64,000 nt of DNA from Dudresnaya verticillata (taxonomy: Eukaryota). The notes under the pieces are model-generated. The model saw only the letters and a program-made list of their open reading frames with translations, was not told the origin of the DNA and ran no database searches. Position 1 is the stretch's first letter; the number at the start of each line of letters is the position of its first letter. The DNA lies in assembly GCA_977862235.1 (NCBI GenBank), contig OZ374566.1, positions 186,001 to 250,000 on the forward strand, written 5' to 3'. Of this stretch, positions 9,538-21,279 are shown in pieces. A program made the translations under genes and the position numbers.

Positions 9538-12500
9538 TCACAATTCACCATTCCGACACGCCCCATCTGCCAGCAGCACCCTCAACGCCTTCATCATCTC
9601 CTCCTCCCCAAGGTACCCGTCCCCGCCTCTCCCGCACTCGCGCACCACCTCCCCAACCGCCCCCTCCCCACCACCAGCGCCGCCCTCGCCAATCTCCCTG
9701 AGAAAGTTGCGCACGACGCGCTCGCCCAGCCGCACGCTGATGCGCCGCCGCGCGCGCCCGTCGCCCGCGGCCGCCGCCGCGCCGCCGCCGCCGCCGGCGC
9801 GCCGCCGGAACCGCGCGCGGAACGCCCGCGCAACCGCCGCGCGCTCGCGCCGCACGCGCGCGTACATCCGCGCGAACACCGCCGCGCACACGGCCTCGTC
9901 GTCCGCGCCGGACACCGCGAAGAACGCGTCCTCCACGCGCAACGCGCTCGCCGCGCACAGCCCCGAGCCCTCCAGCAGCATGTTCACGCCCAGTCGCCCG
10001 GTCTCCAGGTCCACCGTCTGCTCCGCGCTCTCCCCGCACAGCTGCGCAAATACCCTCTCGGCGTCCTCGCGCGCCTGCGAGGCCCCGTCGTCTTCTTCCC
10101 CTGAGTCCCATGCTGCTGTTGCGCTCTTTCGCCCCACGCCCTCTTCCTCTGCCACGTCCCCTGATGTCTTGCTTGTCGCCCCTTCCACTTTGTCTTCCTG
10201 TCCCGCGCCTTCGAGAGATTCCCCTCCCGCTTCTCTAACGTTTGCTGCCAGCCTTTCTCCAACAGGGAACAACTCTTGCAGTCCCTCGATCCCTGTAAAC
10301 CCACTATGTCGGACGCAACAATCCAATCCTTCTCGCATAAACCCCTTCAATTGCCACAATGATCCTTCCAACAACAATCTTCTTGCTGTTTTCAAGCAGC
10401 TCCAGTCCACAACACCAGTCACAAAGCACACTCGATGCTTGCATCCTTCCAAATCTCTGTCCGTGTCCGAGGCACTCTCCGTAGGGAAAACAACACAAAG
10501 TCCACCTGCGCTGGTCCCTTCAGCGCTTACCAACGCCAAAAGGTACGAAAGAACAGACCGAATTAACAATGTTCTCATTCTTCTCTCGTCCCCGCTCGCG
10601 GTAGCCGCCCTGAGTCCTTTGAGGAACGAGGAGAGGCGTACCGCATATTCAATTCTTTTCTTGCTCATGGAAAGACCCTCGAGTTGTACCTCGAGCTGCG
10701 TCTTTGGTACCTCCACCTTGGTGCTTGCAACGAAATTCCCCGAACGGCAAACCCCTGTTTCCATTGATGTTGTCCGCTCTGCAAACGCCATAAAAGTCTT
10801 CCATGACCCTTGCTTCATCTCATCCAGCTCCTTTCTTGATTGCCATTGGAATCCTATCGTCTCCTTCTTCGTAACAATACAAAGCTTCTCCGCATCATCA
10901 AACACAGCTTGAACCAGCAAGTCCTTTTCACATGCAAACTGTCTGCCAGGTGCATACAGGTTCTCTACAAGATAAGATTCGTGCCCTCCGATCTTGTGGA
11001 TGTCTTGCAAACACCCCAGGCGGAGAGCAAGCAAAACAATGTTGTGTCCAGCAAGTAGGTCTGTTGTGCTCCGCACATTCTCTGCGCGCACAAAACGTAG
11101 TATGAAGTCTTCATCCAAAACTTCGGGGTCGTTAAGAACTAAAGAGAACGCCAGTTCCAACAAATATACTTTGACTTTCTCCCCTGCCTTCTTATGTCCT
11201 CCACTAGCAGCATGAACAAAAAGCCGCAAGGCTCGCTCTTTGTTTTCTGCATCCATGGGAGGGACATCCTCCAAAACTACACCCAAGTTGTACATTGCAT
11301 TCACAGCTGCGGCCTTTAGAGCATCCCCATAAAGTTCTTTCGTTTTCAAGTTCAGCATATCCTCAGCCGCACACTTTCCGTCTCTTTGGAGTAAGAATGA
11401 GTGCACAGTACTTGTTGCTGGTATTTTCGCGCAATCCACCGCCTGTTCGTAAAGCGTCTTGGCACGCCCTACATTCCTCTCTACACCACGCTCTCCCCTT
11501 AATAGCAGATCTGCCAAGGCGTTCATAACCAGAACCTTGCCTTTCAAGTCTGCCTTCTTGAGAAAATCTTCTAGAATCTGCTTCGCTCTCGGTGGATCTT
11601 TGAGGACCCCTGCACCGCCCTTGACAAGCAAGGCAGCTAAATTTATAACTGCCAGGATATATGACTTCTTCACGGCGCTCTCATATAGCTCCATCGCGCG
11701 TGCAACATTCTTGCCCACTCCCTCCGCACCAAACTCAAGCAAAACTGCCAAGTTGTTCATGGCGGTGGCATCACCTTGTGATGCAGCCTTCTCATAAAGG
11801 TTCTTGGCTCGCCGCAACTGCTTTGGTACCCCCTCATCACCCTTCATGAGCAGCCTTGCTAAGAATGTCTGTGAAGAAACGTTTCCGTTCTTAACAGCCA
11901 ATTCGTAGAGCTTTTTCGCTCTGGGGGCGTCCTTAGTAACGCCTTCATCCCCATTCTCCAGAAGGAAGGCCAAGTTGTGTGCCGCATCCATATTCCCGTA
12001 ATCAATCGCAGTTTCGTATAGTACTTTGGCCTCGGAAGGATTTTTGGGTACATCATCACTGCCAACGTGATAAAGTCTGGCTAGGTTGAATACTGCGGCG
12101 ACGTTGCCCTTCTGCACTGTCAGTTGATATAGAGATTTGGCTCGGACAGCATCCTTTTCCACACCTTCGCCCCCAACCATGAGAATATCTGCCAGGACGT
12201 TCATTGCTTCCGTGCTGCCGGCTTTCGAACTTCGCTCGAGAAGATCCTTAGCTTTCCGCATGTCCCTTGGAACCCCCTCGTCACCTTCAAGCAGGATTGC
12301 TGCCAATTTGTTAACTGCGTCCACACTGCCCTGTTCAGCCGCACTCACATAAATCTCCATCGCTCTAGGCACGTTCTTTTCCAGGCCTCCTTCTCCATAC
12401 TGCAGCATTAGAGCCAAGTTGACTTTTGCATGGACATCTCCTTTGGCAGCGGCACGTTCAAAAAGAACCTTGGCGCCCACCATGTCCTTGGGTATCCCAT

Positions 12501-13311
12501 CCCCACCACGCATAAGCAATCTTGCAAGGCTGTTCATAGACTCCAGACAACCGCTTTCCGCTGCCTTTTCAAGAAGAACTTTAGCGCGGGGGGTATTCCT
12601 GCGGACCCCGGGAGCACCATGCCACAACATGTATCCCAAATTTCTCATTGCAACTACACAATTCTCTTCCACGGCCCCTTCGTACAGTCTCTTAGCGCGA
12701 GGGGCATCCCTAGCAACACCTTTGGCTCCAGTGCCAAGAAGGGCCGCTAAGTTCGTCACCGAATCGATATCTCCGTGGTGGGCCGCATGTTCGTAAAGTG
12801 CAACAGCACGAGGAGGATCCGCAGGGATCCCATTCTGACCGGCGACGAGAAGGGTGGCTAGGGTATACATGGCGCAGATGTCGCCTCGCTCCGCCGCTCT
12901 CTCATAGAGCTTGTTGGCCAACCCCTCGTTCTTGTCAAACCCGCCGTAACCCAACCGGAGAACATCAGCCAAGATATTCATTGCATTGGTCGCTCCGGCG
13001 GATGCCGCAATGGCGATCAATGAGAGGTCTACGCTCACACTCTTGGTCGGTACACCAGCCGATTTTTCGTCGCGTCTGAGGTCGCGAAGAAATGCTGCGT
13101 TGGTAAAGTCCGGTCGTCTTGCCTTCGACTTGCAGATAGATATGAGTTCCTCTTCCGCTTGGCGCGAGTCTTGATTGGACTCCGCCTCACTAGCCGTACT
13201 TTGGTCCACTTTTGCGGCCGAGACAAATGGTGGTTGGTTGGACTGCATTTTGTTGTTGGGCGAGCTTGGCTGCCCGTTTTGAGGTTGGTCGTCTGGTTGC
13301 TTGAACAGCAT
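9538..13311 (-). CDS. SEL1-like repeat (SLR) protein with C-terminal region of unknown function
   Basis: About 15 repeats of ~37 aa (A..NLA.LL..G..GV.KD..RA..LYE.A...G) followed by ~530 aa of unique sequence; first ATG at 13311. Confidence 0.9.
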   Translation of the reverse strand: MLFKQPDDQPQNGQPSSPNNKMQSNQPPFVSAAKVDQSTASEAESNQDSRQAEEELISICKSKARRPDFTNAAFLRDLRRDEKSAGVPTKSVSVDLSLIAIAASAGATNAMNILADVLRLGYGGFDKNEGLANKLYERAAERGDICAMYTLATLLVAGQNGIPADPPRAVALYEHAAHHGDIDSVTNLAALLGTGAKGVARDAPRAKRLYEGAVEENCVVAMRNLGYMLWHGAPGVRRNTPRAKVLLEKAAESGCLESMNSLARLLMRGGDGIPKDMVGAKVLFERAAAKGDVHAKVNLALMLQYGEGGLEKNVPRAMEIYVSAAEQGSVDAVNKLAAILLEGDEGVPRDMRKAKDLLERSSKAGSTEAMNVLADILMVGGEGVEKDAVRAKSLYQLTVQKGNVAAVFNLARLYHVGSDDVPKNPSEAKVLYETAIDYGNMDAAHNLAFLLENGDEGVTKDAPRAKKLYELAVKNGNVSSQTFLARLLMKGDEGVPKQLRRAKNLYEKAASQGDATAMNNLAVLLEFGAEGVGKNVARAMELYESAVKKSYILAVINLAALLVKGGAGVLKDPPRAKQILEDFLKKADLKGKVLVMNALADLLLRGERGVERNVGRAKTLYEQAVDCAKIPATSTVHSFLLQRDGKCAAEDMLNLKTKELYGDALKAAAVNAMYNLGVVLEDVPPMDAENKERALRLFVHAASGGHKKAGEKVKVYLLELAFSLVLNDPEVLDEDFILRFVRAENVRSTTDLLAGHNIVLLALRLGCLQDIHKIGGHESYLVENLYAPGRQFACEKDLLVQAVFDDAEKLCIVTKKETIGFQWQSRKELDEMKQGSWKTFMAFAERTTSMETGVCRSGNFVASTKVEVPKTQLEVQLEGLSMSKKRIEYAVRLSSFLKGLRAATASGDERRMRTLLIRSVLSYLLALVSAEGTSAGGLCVVFPTESASDTDRDLEGCKHRVCFVTGVVDWSCLKTARRLLLEGSLWQLKGFMREGLDCCVRHSGFTGIEGLQELFPVGERLAANVREAGGESLEGAGQEDKVEGATSKTSGDVAEEEGVGRKSATAAWDSGEEDDGASQAREDAERVFAQLCGESAEQTVDLETGRLGVNMLLEGSGLCAASALRVEDAFFAVSGADDEAVCAAVFARMYARVRRERAAVARAFRARFRRRAGGGGGAAAAAGDGRARRRISVRLGERVVRNFLREIGEGGAGGGEGAVGEVVRECGRGGDGYLGEEEMMKALRVLLADGACRNGEL

Positions 13312-15401
13312 CTTGCTGACAAGTCTTAGCTTGGGTTGCTGAACGGAAGTATCAATGATTTTTTCCTCTCCAGATTGCACCAGCAGCGGGCTGCGTGAAG
13401 GCGAGACTTGGCAGGCAAAGGGTTGAGCAGAGGTAAAAAAATGCGCGGCCAACGAAGAATATCAGGACGGGCGGGATGTTGGGACAAAAGCGTCCGTATT
13501 CTCGCTCAGAAAAGGAAAGAATCCACATAAAAGAAAATGATTCTCAGCCGAATGAGCGACGTGGACCATCAACGCGCGACTTGTGCACAACAAAAAAAGT
13601 CACAGAAAAACGATAAATGGGGCCATCCACGGAGGACACAAAACCAAACGATGAATACAAACGATAAGCGCAAAAAACTTAGCCGAACTACAAACTGAAG
13701 TGTTTATGCCAAGGCGCATGAAAAGGAACACGTGCTAGCGCTCTGAAGGGCATTACTCTTTGTGGGACACAGCAATAATTGATGATGTGAACTAAGCAGT
13801 GCTGTCACAGCCGAAGTTTGCCCACTTGACACTCGGAGAACTTGGACTTGCACGCTACCGGAATCGACACCTAAGGCGCCATTGGACCCTGTCTGCCCGT
13901 TTTGTGTGTACCCTCCCCCGGTACCAAGCCCTTGCTGTTAACCGAAGGCGAATCCGTTCCAACCTGGACCATCTTTCTGTGGGAGCTGCGTAGAGCTCCT
14001 CCTGACCTCCTCATCAAAGTTCCCTTTCTCTCTCTCATGGCCGTGTAGATGACGGAAACGAGGAGCTATTGCCAAGTGTGCGCAAGCATTCGAATGTTAC
14101 TTTGCTGGCTTGAATTCTCCCTGTCAAGACTCACAACCCTGCTGTACCACCTTTCCTAGAACAGCTCTCAGGCTGTACATCCCTTTATACGTATTGGGGA
14201 AGCTGTAGATCAGCGGGTCCTTAGATTACTCTATATCCTTCTCAACTCTCTCAAATCCTTCCGCGAACGAGCTTGCTACCTTTTCTCTGTCCTTGAGTTT
14301 TGTAAGTACCCCTCAATCTCAACTGTTTTCACTGAATCAACCAGACTCTCGAAGATGGACGTCTCTTCCTCCTTGGCAATCCCTTCGAGGACCAAAGTCG
14401 TTGCCAGTCTGGCCAGCTTCATCAACCGTCTCCTATCCACTACTGTAGACAGCACTCGATCCTGGCGGATAATCGATCAAAGTTGGACAGAGTTGGATGT
14501 CAGGTTGGGAAAAGCAATCCCACTAAGTTTCCAGCTCAGCTCTCCTAAGAGCCTTTCGCGCGACAGGTGGCATACATGTGCGACGTTGAGTGGGCGTTTC
14601 CAAATCCCATACGCCAATGACGGCGTCGATGATGGCAATTTCCCATTTCCGACACGTACCCTATCCGTTCCTACGCGCCGGTCCCGATGCACCGCAGCGC
14701 CGCCACAAGCACCACGCCGCCGCCACGCCTGATCCCACGCCAACGCGCACCACGCCCAGGCACTTTCCCCGGTCGCTCATGGTAGCAAACATCACCGAAG
14801 CGATGGTATATCTTCCGGTTCTCGCGGAATAACATGACCAGTAGCCCCCTGCCAAAACCCGCGCCGCTACCCTTGCAATTGATCGAGTGTTCAAAATGCC
14901 TATTCCCTCCTACGCCAGTATGACAGGCTCTCTCCCTAAGCGACCCTCCAACTCCGCCTAACATCCCGTGCGGCACCACTCTGAATGAGCGTGTGCCGGC
15001 GTTCTCAGAGTACACCTCGGGCGCGGACGCTATGTACAGTATTGTAGGACGCGAACGAAAACTGCCAGGCGACCTTTTTGCCGGCTTGGCGTTATAGCAT
15101 ATTTCATGTTGGTAAGTGACCACTCTATTCCTACTGCAACACAACTGCTGTACTACAAGAAAGAGAGAGTCGTCGCTGAACAGCACTGGGTAAATGTCGT
15201 AGATTCAAAACGAGGCATTCGCTTGCTTCTATAAGTACAAAGTGCGACCCACGTTTTGCTGCATAAGCTGCAGTAGGACGCCCCCCTCCCCTCCCTCTTC
15301 CAGGCCAACGAACAACCTGAAGAACAAAAACTACGGCCGCAAAGAAGGAGTTTTCCTGTCCATTTTCCATTCTACAACAGTAAAGACTCGCGAGCACCTC
15401 T

Positions 15402-16279
15402 TCAGCAAAGCATCAAACGCCTGCCACAGCGACACTTCCTCTTGAATATCCTAAACCTCTTCCTCTTTGCCTTGCACCCAGCTCTGTAAGGGTTAAAAGC
15501 ACATTTGTCCGTGGTGAAGTGCTCTTCACACGTTTTGGTTGTGCGCATGAAGGCAATATCCCACCCGCAATAGTCCTCCTTTCGCACATTAAATTCACGT
15601 CTGACTTCCGCCAGCCGCTTCAACCAACCTGTTTTAGACACCCTCTCCTCCCTGAAGAACGACACTGACGTTGCACGCCCCGTGCCAGGAATAATCCCTG
15701 CGCGGTGCGAACTCGTGTCCCATCCGCGCCGACAGTGGTGATCTGGTTCTGGAAGAGCTCTCCAGCTGGCGGAGCGGCACCTTCTGGTAGGCGGATCTGG
15801 AACAATACCGTGTCGTCCTTTCCGAGCGTGACAGTAGTCTCCGTTGTAAACGCGCCGACCCCAGAATCAGAGCCTCCCTTAAGGTTTCCCTCGCAGTCAG
15901 ATGCCACCTGGTCAGCCTCGAATACACGCTCATTGCCGTTGACGCCGCAGGTTCCTCCACCAACAATGTTATCAGGATCACCATTGCATTGACTCGGTTC
16001 CAGTGGTGGATACACGAAGACGTTGCGCTGCTTGAGACACGGGCCGTCCAGCTCGAGATGAATGAAGCCGTGGTACATGGCATAGCCGTACGGCCATCGC
16101 TCCGACGTGAAGGGCTTCCCGTCGGCGCCTAGCAGCGTGTAGTTGCCGACCCAATAACCCTCCTCGCGACGCCATACCTCTTTCGAACGAAGATTCAGAC
16201 AGGTGGGATCACAGCCGCCAGACGCAAGCGCGGCTGCGCAAAGCAATGCGCGCACGAGAGCCTGCAAGATGCGCGACAT
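15402..16279 (-). pseudogene. Secreted Cys-containing protein with a single frameshift (pseudogene or assembly indel)
   Basis: Signal peptide MSRILQALVRALLCAAALASG. ORF 15620..16279 joins ORF 15402..15665 by a 1-nt shift near 15692 (RTAQG > PGTGRATSVSFFREERV). Confidence 0.65.
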
Positions 16280-17003
16280 GATGCTGTGTTCTCGACTGGG
16301 ATGAGTGACGTTTTGGCTGTTTGGAAGTGGTCGAGAGGTTGGACGGGGCGCTCAACGGGGCGTTGGAAAAGAGCGCGTCAACTGTGAGGCATTCGCGGGT
16401 CAGTGAGATCGCTGACCTGTCGGTCAAGGTGGCAGGCGCAGGCTCCTGTACTGTACAATTTTTGAGGTCTTCCGGCCTCTCGATACATATGATGTGTAGC
16501 TCGACCGACGAGGAGCTGTGGACCGCAGAGAACTATTCAAGTGTATGATAAATGCTGTACGTGCCCAATGTTTCGTCCCCTCCGAAGTCCTGTATTCACC
16601 GCAGACGAAAGTTATCAAAGTTGTGCGTAGCTGCCTGCGTGGTGAGGTCCAATCAAGACTGGGGGGTTGGGCGCGGACTAAAGTTGCCAATTGAAGAAAT
16701 ACCGGAGGCCGGAACATCCGCTTCAAAGTTGCAAGTGAATCAAACCCAAATTCGCTGCGCGCCTCAACAACTCAGAGCATCCCGGTTCCGCTGAAGCGTG
16801 CCCGCTGTAGCTCAAGCATACAGACGACATTCCAAGATTGTTCGCCTGCTCTGAACAGCTGCTTTGCGCCATGCAACTGCTCACACAGACACGGTGCGTC
16901 CGACTTGAATGTCGTCCCCAACACCTCCTGTACATCGCGTCATGTTGCGAACTTCTATCTTTACAATGCTGCAGAGGGTACACCATTCTCAAAGTGCCAG
17001 TGA

Positions 17004-18950
17004 TCATCTAATGATTTGCAACTGGCACGAATTGAGAGACCCTATGCCTGGCGTAACCAAGAGCGCATGTCCCGCCCTATTAAACAGCCAGTTGTCCAGC
17101 GAAAGCACTTCGGTGTCTGAGAACGTCAGGTACAAAAACTTGAGCGTCGATCCAAGTAACCCGCTAGGCATCACGTCTCCTTTCGTAATGTTCCCAATCG
17201 TCCGTTCTTCCAGTACCGTGTACGCCCCGCTTCCTACCTTGCATTCCCGGTCAATACTCAAGAACGTCTTCCACGCCTCCTCTCGATACTTCTCAAGTCC
17301 CGTGCCCCGCCACATGTAGAACAGTGCCTCGACAAGATCTGCTTGCAGTCGATATGCCCCTTTGGTTACCCATATTTTTCCGTTGTACCGGGCAGACTCC
17401 CCGCCAAGCTTTCCAGGAAACTGTGCGTACATGTTGATGCACGATTCTGTAATTCCACCGGCAACGTCCTCCCATTGATCTTCCTGTCGCACAGAGATGT
17501 GCTCATACTTCGCAGCCAGGTGGAATACGGCTGGCAGGTAACACATGGCCTGCTCCACAATCGCCTCGGAATTATTATGACGCTTTTCGAACGACCGCAA
17601 GTACAGGTCCCCGGTTGGTGACTCGTATATCGCCCTTTTCAGCAGCATGTGCATCGACGCATCTAGTGGGTAACGCAGCGAAGATTCACAACCTCCACCT
17701 TGCCGCCAAGCCTTCGTGAGGTACTCGTAAAACCCCCGAGCGCTGGTGGAGAACGTTGCGGTCGTATCAATCGCTGGTCCGCCTCCCACTACGCTGATTG
17801 CATCCTGCCACAGCTTGACCATGTATGCATAGTACGAGTCCATAGACGTGAAGCGAAACCGATCGAACAAAGTCGGTTCTTCCTCGTCCTCGTCACTTGG
17901 CTGTCGCATGGAAAACTCCGTATCGTTATCTCCATCGCGGCGTCTGTGTAACTCTTCAGTAATCTCCTCACGCAGCAGCTCGGGCCCTGCCTCCACTACA
18001 GCCTGAACCGCCCGATCAGCCTTGCATCGCAGGGCACGAAGCTCTGGACGCAGGCTATGAAAGGCGAGGGCGCGAAACTCTAGCGAGATTCCACCCGCCT
18101 GGGACTGCGTTGAAAAGCTGCCGACGCACTTTTCGGCGTGCGATACATCCTCTAGAACCACTCCCGCCTCTTCCAAAGCGGCTCGATTGAAGTCACCGGC
18201 TGGATGATTGGAAATCCTACAGAACGGATATGGGACCCCGTTCAGGGTATCAAACGCTGGTGCAAGTCGCATTCCGAGATCCTCAGCCTTTTCGAGGTAC
18301 ATTTCGTCGGCTGTGAGTTGGTAAAGCTCCAACAGACTGCCTAGGATGCGCGTGGTGACCTCGTGGACTGATACAAACCCTCTCACATTGCCGAAATCTA
18401 GCTCATCAGCAATCCAGGATCGCGCAGCCTCATATCGCGAGGGTAGATGCAGCAGGTAGAGCGTGCCAGCAGCTTCAACGACGGAGGCACCTAACCCGCC
18501 CAGACTGTCTGACCCTTGCTCAGATAGTGGGAGCAGCTCATCCCGACCGAGTGCCGTCGCGGCGTAAGCATCCCACGCGTACGTAAAGGCCGCCCGGATC
18601 GCGCGGCGACGCTTCTCCGGCTCATATTGATCCGGTGGAAGACCTGGCGGGACAGCGTGTGGGACGAGCGGTGGCTTGAATGAGCCGAGCGGGAGCGATG
18701 TAGTGCACGTATCGGCACCTTTGCAGCCGCATTGCGAAATGTCGGCCAGATGCTGCGCTGCTCCCCCTGAGGCGTGCGGGAGTGCCGCTGGGGGCGGAGC
18801 CTTGCCTGCCGAGGTTAGGAAAAGAAGCAGGAGGAAGAGCGACCCAAGCGGGATGACGAGGATAAAGGTCGCGGAGCCGAATAGCACACGCAGCAGGCGC
18901 TGTCGTCGCGTTTGCCGCCGGAGACGGTGTGGGTGTGGGACGAAGTGCAT
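17004..18950 (-). CDS. Glycoside hydrolase family 47 (class I alpha-1,2-mannosidase) homologue, type II membrane, degenerate active site
   Basis: YAWDAY..ALGRDEL.PLS, SVHEVTTRILGSLL, YLEKAEDLG.RLAPAFDT.NGVPY, LEF, FYEYLTK, VEALFYMWR, TLKFLYL; N-terminal TM helix; ATG at 18950. Confidence 0.88.
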   Translation of the reverse strand: MHFVPHPHRLRRQTRRQRLLRVLFGSATFILVIPLGSLFLLLLFLTSAGKAPPPAALPHASGGAAQHLADISQCGCKGADTCTTSLPLGSFKPPLVPHAVPPGLPPDQYEPEKRRRAIRAAFTYAWDAYAATALGRDELLPLSEQGSDSLGGLGASVVEAAGTLYLLHLPSRYEAARSWIADELDFGNVRGFVSVHEVTTRILGSLLELYQLTADEMYLEKAEDLGMRLAPAFDTLNGVPYPFCRISNHPAGDFNRAALEEAGVVLEDVSHAEKCVGSFSTQSQAGGISLEFRALAFHSLRPELRALRCKADRAVQAVVEAGPELLREEITEELHRRRDGDNDTEFSMRQPSDEDEEEPTLFDRFRFTSMDSYYAYMVKLWQDAISVVGGGPAIDTTATFSTSARGFYEYLTKAWRQGGGCESSLRYPLDASMHMLLKRAIYESPTGDLYLRSFEKRHNNSEAIVEQAMCYLPAVFHLAAKYEHISVRQEDQWEDVAGGITESCINMYAQFPGKLGGESARYNGKIWVTKGAYRLQADLVEALFYMWRGTGLEKYREEAWKTFLSIDRECKVGSGAYTVLEERTIGNITKGDVMPSGLLGSTLKFLYLTFSDTEVLSLDNWLFNRAGHALLVTPGIGSLNSCQLQIIR

Positions 18951-19441
18951 AGCTCGGCGGGGGACGGTGCGCCTTTTGCGGCGGCAGGGACGGGACTGCT
19001 CATTCTGCCAAAGAGTGAGACGCACGCAGGAGCCGGAGCTTGACGCGGTGGACTTGTCGGTCTCGGAGCTGAATTGATTTGCAATGCTGTTTGACCTTGG
19101 CTTCTCCGCAATTCGGCCCGAAGCAATTTGTTACAGTACTGGGCTCTTTTGTCAATGGCCCTGACGAAGCAATGGTGCCCGATTTTCTTCGAGCCCACCG
19201 CTTGTACCGCCGACCACCACGAGTTGTCAAATGACCCGTGGCCATTGCAATACCCTCCCTCCAAGGGGTCAAGATGAAACCGGTTGTGCAGGATAAGGTT
19301 ATGGACGTTGCTCGGCGTGTTGGGACTCGTGAGTACTGGTGGATCATGGTAAACGGATGGGTTGTCACTAACCACTCGAGCCACATTCGCTCAGGGGGTC
19401 TGCCCCTCGGGAACCACCGGGGCGTCTCGAACTCCTAGCAT

Positions 19442-20062
19442 CTACAAACCGACGCCGTCACCCAGAACATCCGCAACCTCCGTACATCCCTCCTCCCTTG
19501 CCAAATCAGCAGGCTTACGCCCACTCCCATCAACAGCGCCCAAATCCGCGCCAAGGCGTAGAAGCGCTTCGACAACCTGCACAGCGTCGCGATCGGTTCT
19601 CCGCGAGGCGACGTGCAACGGGGTAGCGCCTTGCGCGTCGGGGATGTTCACCAGCCGCATGGCCTCATCCGTGTGGTGGCGGAAGTGCTGCGTGACGCCA
19701 CCGATACCGCGCCCGATCTCGTACAGCGCAAGTATGCACGCGGCGTCAGCCGCGCCGGCCGCCTCGTGAAGCGCCGTTCGGCCAGTTGACGGCTCCTGCA
19801 GCAGCGCGCTTGAGATAGCCCCGGTGCGGATCAGACGCGACATCCCTGCGATGTCACCCGATCGCGCGGAGGAGAAGAACGCCTGCAGCGATTCTGAAGA
19901 GGACTCCGGAGGGGTCGACTGGGCAAACACGCGCTGTGGCCGGCGAGGTAGTCCGCGAGAGCGGTCGTCACGGCGAAGAGTCCCTCGGCGCCCAGCCGTC
20001 TGTGCGGATGTTGGCGCGCGGGACACTGGCAGGGGTGGCGTGAAGGCGGGTAGAAGGTGCAT
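19442..20062 (-). CDS. Small ankyrin-repeat protein, probably plastid-targeted
   Basis: GRTALHEAA, GATPLHVAS, LLRLGAD..AVD..GRKPADLA; Arg/Pro/Ser-rich leader starting MHLLPAF. Confidence 0.85.
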   Translation of the reverse strand: MHLLPAFTPPLPVSRAPTSAQTAGRRGTLRRDDRSRGLPRRPQRVFAQSTPPESSSESLQAFFSSARSGDIAGMSRLIRTGAISSALLQEPSTGRTALHEAAGAADAACILALYEIGRGIGGVTQHFRHHTDEAMRLVNIPDAQGATPLHVASRRTDRDAVQVVEALLRLGADLGAVDGSGRKPADLAREEGCTEVADVLGDGVGL

Positions 20063-21279
20063 GGCTGAAGGCTTTGGTGGCGGCCGCAACGGACTGGCGC
20101 CTGCACTTGCGGTGGCTTTTTCTCGGAGATGACGGTTTGGAAATTTTGGTCTTTCAGGGCGGAGGGAAGCTGCACTTCGGACATCTGCCCGCTCTTGGGA
20201 GGTAGCGACCAGTTCGATGCTATTGTAGGAACACGCTGACTGCTTGCCTCTCCTTTGGCCTTTTTCTTGGAGCGCACTGTCCTTGTCTGTGCGAATTCAG
20301 GACCTGCCATCTGTATAGAGCTCAATGTCGGGCTCCTCTAACCATTGCGTGGCTGAACATTTCTGCTCCAACCGGGCAACGCCATTGCAACGGAAAACAT
20401 GCTGTCCACAGGAAATAGAACTACTGTAGTTCTCTGGGGAGGATGATCACTTCTTAAGCAGTTTAGTTCATCTGCTATCCACCCCGGACCAGCCCAAGGC
20501 CTAAAGGATTGGCAATGCCGTTGCACAACTACCCGCTAGATAGCCCTCGACTGCTTCCGAAACAGCAGCGATTTCATGTAAGGCAGCCCTGATTCAATTT
20601 CTGGTCTACCGATACATTGTTGAGCTTGCCGCAGGCATCCGATATTATCAGTTCCGAGAGAAGTGGTCACTCTTTGTAGGTGTTGAAAGGCCGACATAGC
20701 CTAGCGATTTGAGAGAGGGTGACGCGGTTGGAAGTATCTTCTCGTCCGCAACATTGTTCTGAATCCAGTGTGCAGGCAAGCTGTTGCATGCAATCCATTT
20801 ATAGCAGTACAGATCTGTAGCGCAAGAATGCTGAAGCTCAAAAAGTGCGCCCTTAGTGTAATCTGATGCCGATGCGGTGTCGATTGGGAACCGTCCAGCT
20901 GGTGCTCGAAAAGGGGAAAAGTCAATCCATCCTCTCAGGCGGAGTTTCCAATTCATCGACAGGATTTGGGCGCCACAAGAAGAATATTCAAAGCCGTACC
21001 GTTCCCGCTCTGAGGGCAATCTCGCACTCAACTCTCACCGCTGCAAAAGAGACCAAATTTATGGCAAAGAAAAGGCCTGCGGCATCGTCGGCAAGACCCA
21101 GCGCTGCAAGTCCCGTCGACCACTCTACCGTAAGCCTCTTAATATCGGCGGGAAGCGGCGGGAACAGACAGAGGCAGCCGCGCATTTCTCACCGACCTAT
21201 TTTTGCTATCGAAGCAGCACTCCTTGCACTCATTGCCTTCTTTTGTTCCGAAGTCCCGCAGTACTGGCATTCTGCACGG

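Noticed and set aside
9065..10912. 615-aa plus-strand ORF
   Set aside because: Antisense shadow of the SEL1-repeat gene
13800..15400. Protein-like fragments on the minus strand
   Set aside because: Many stops and no recognisable family
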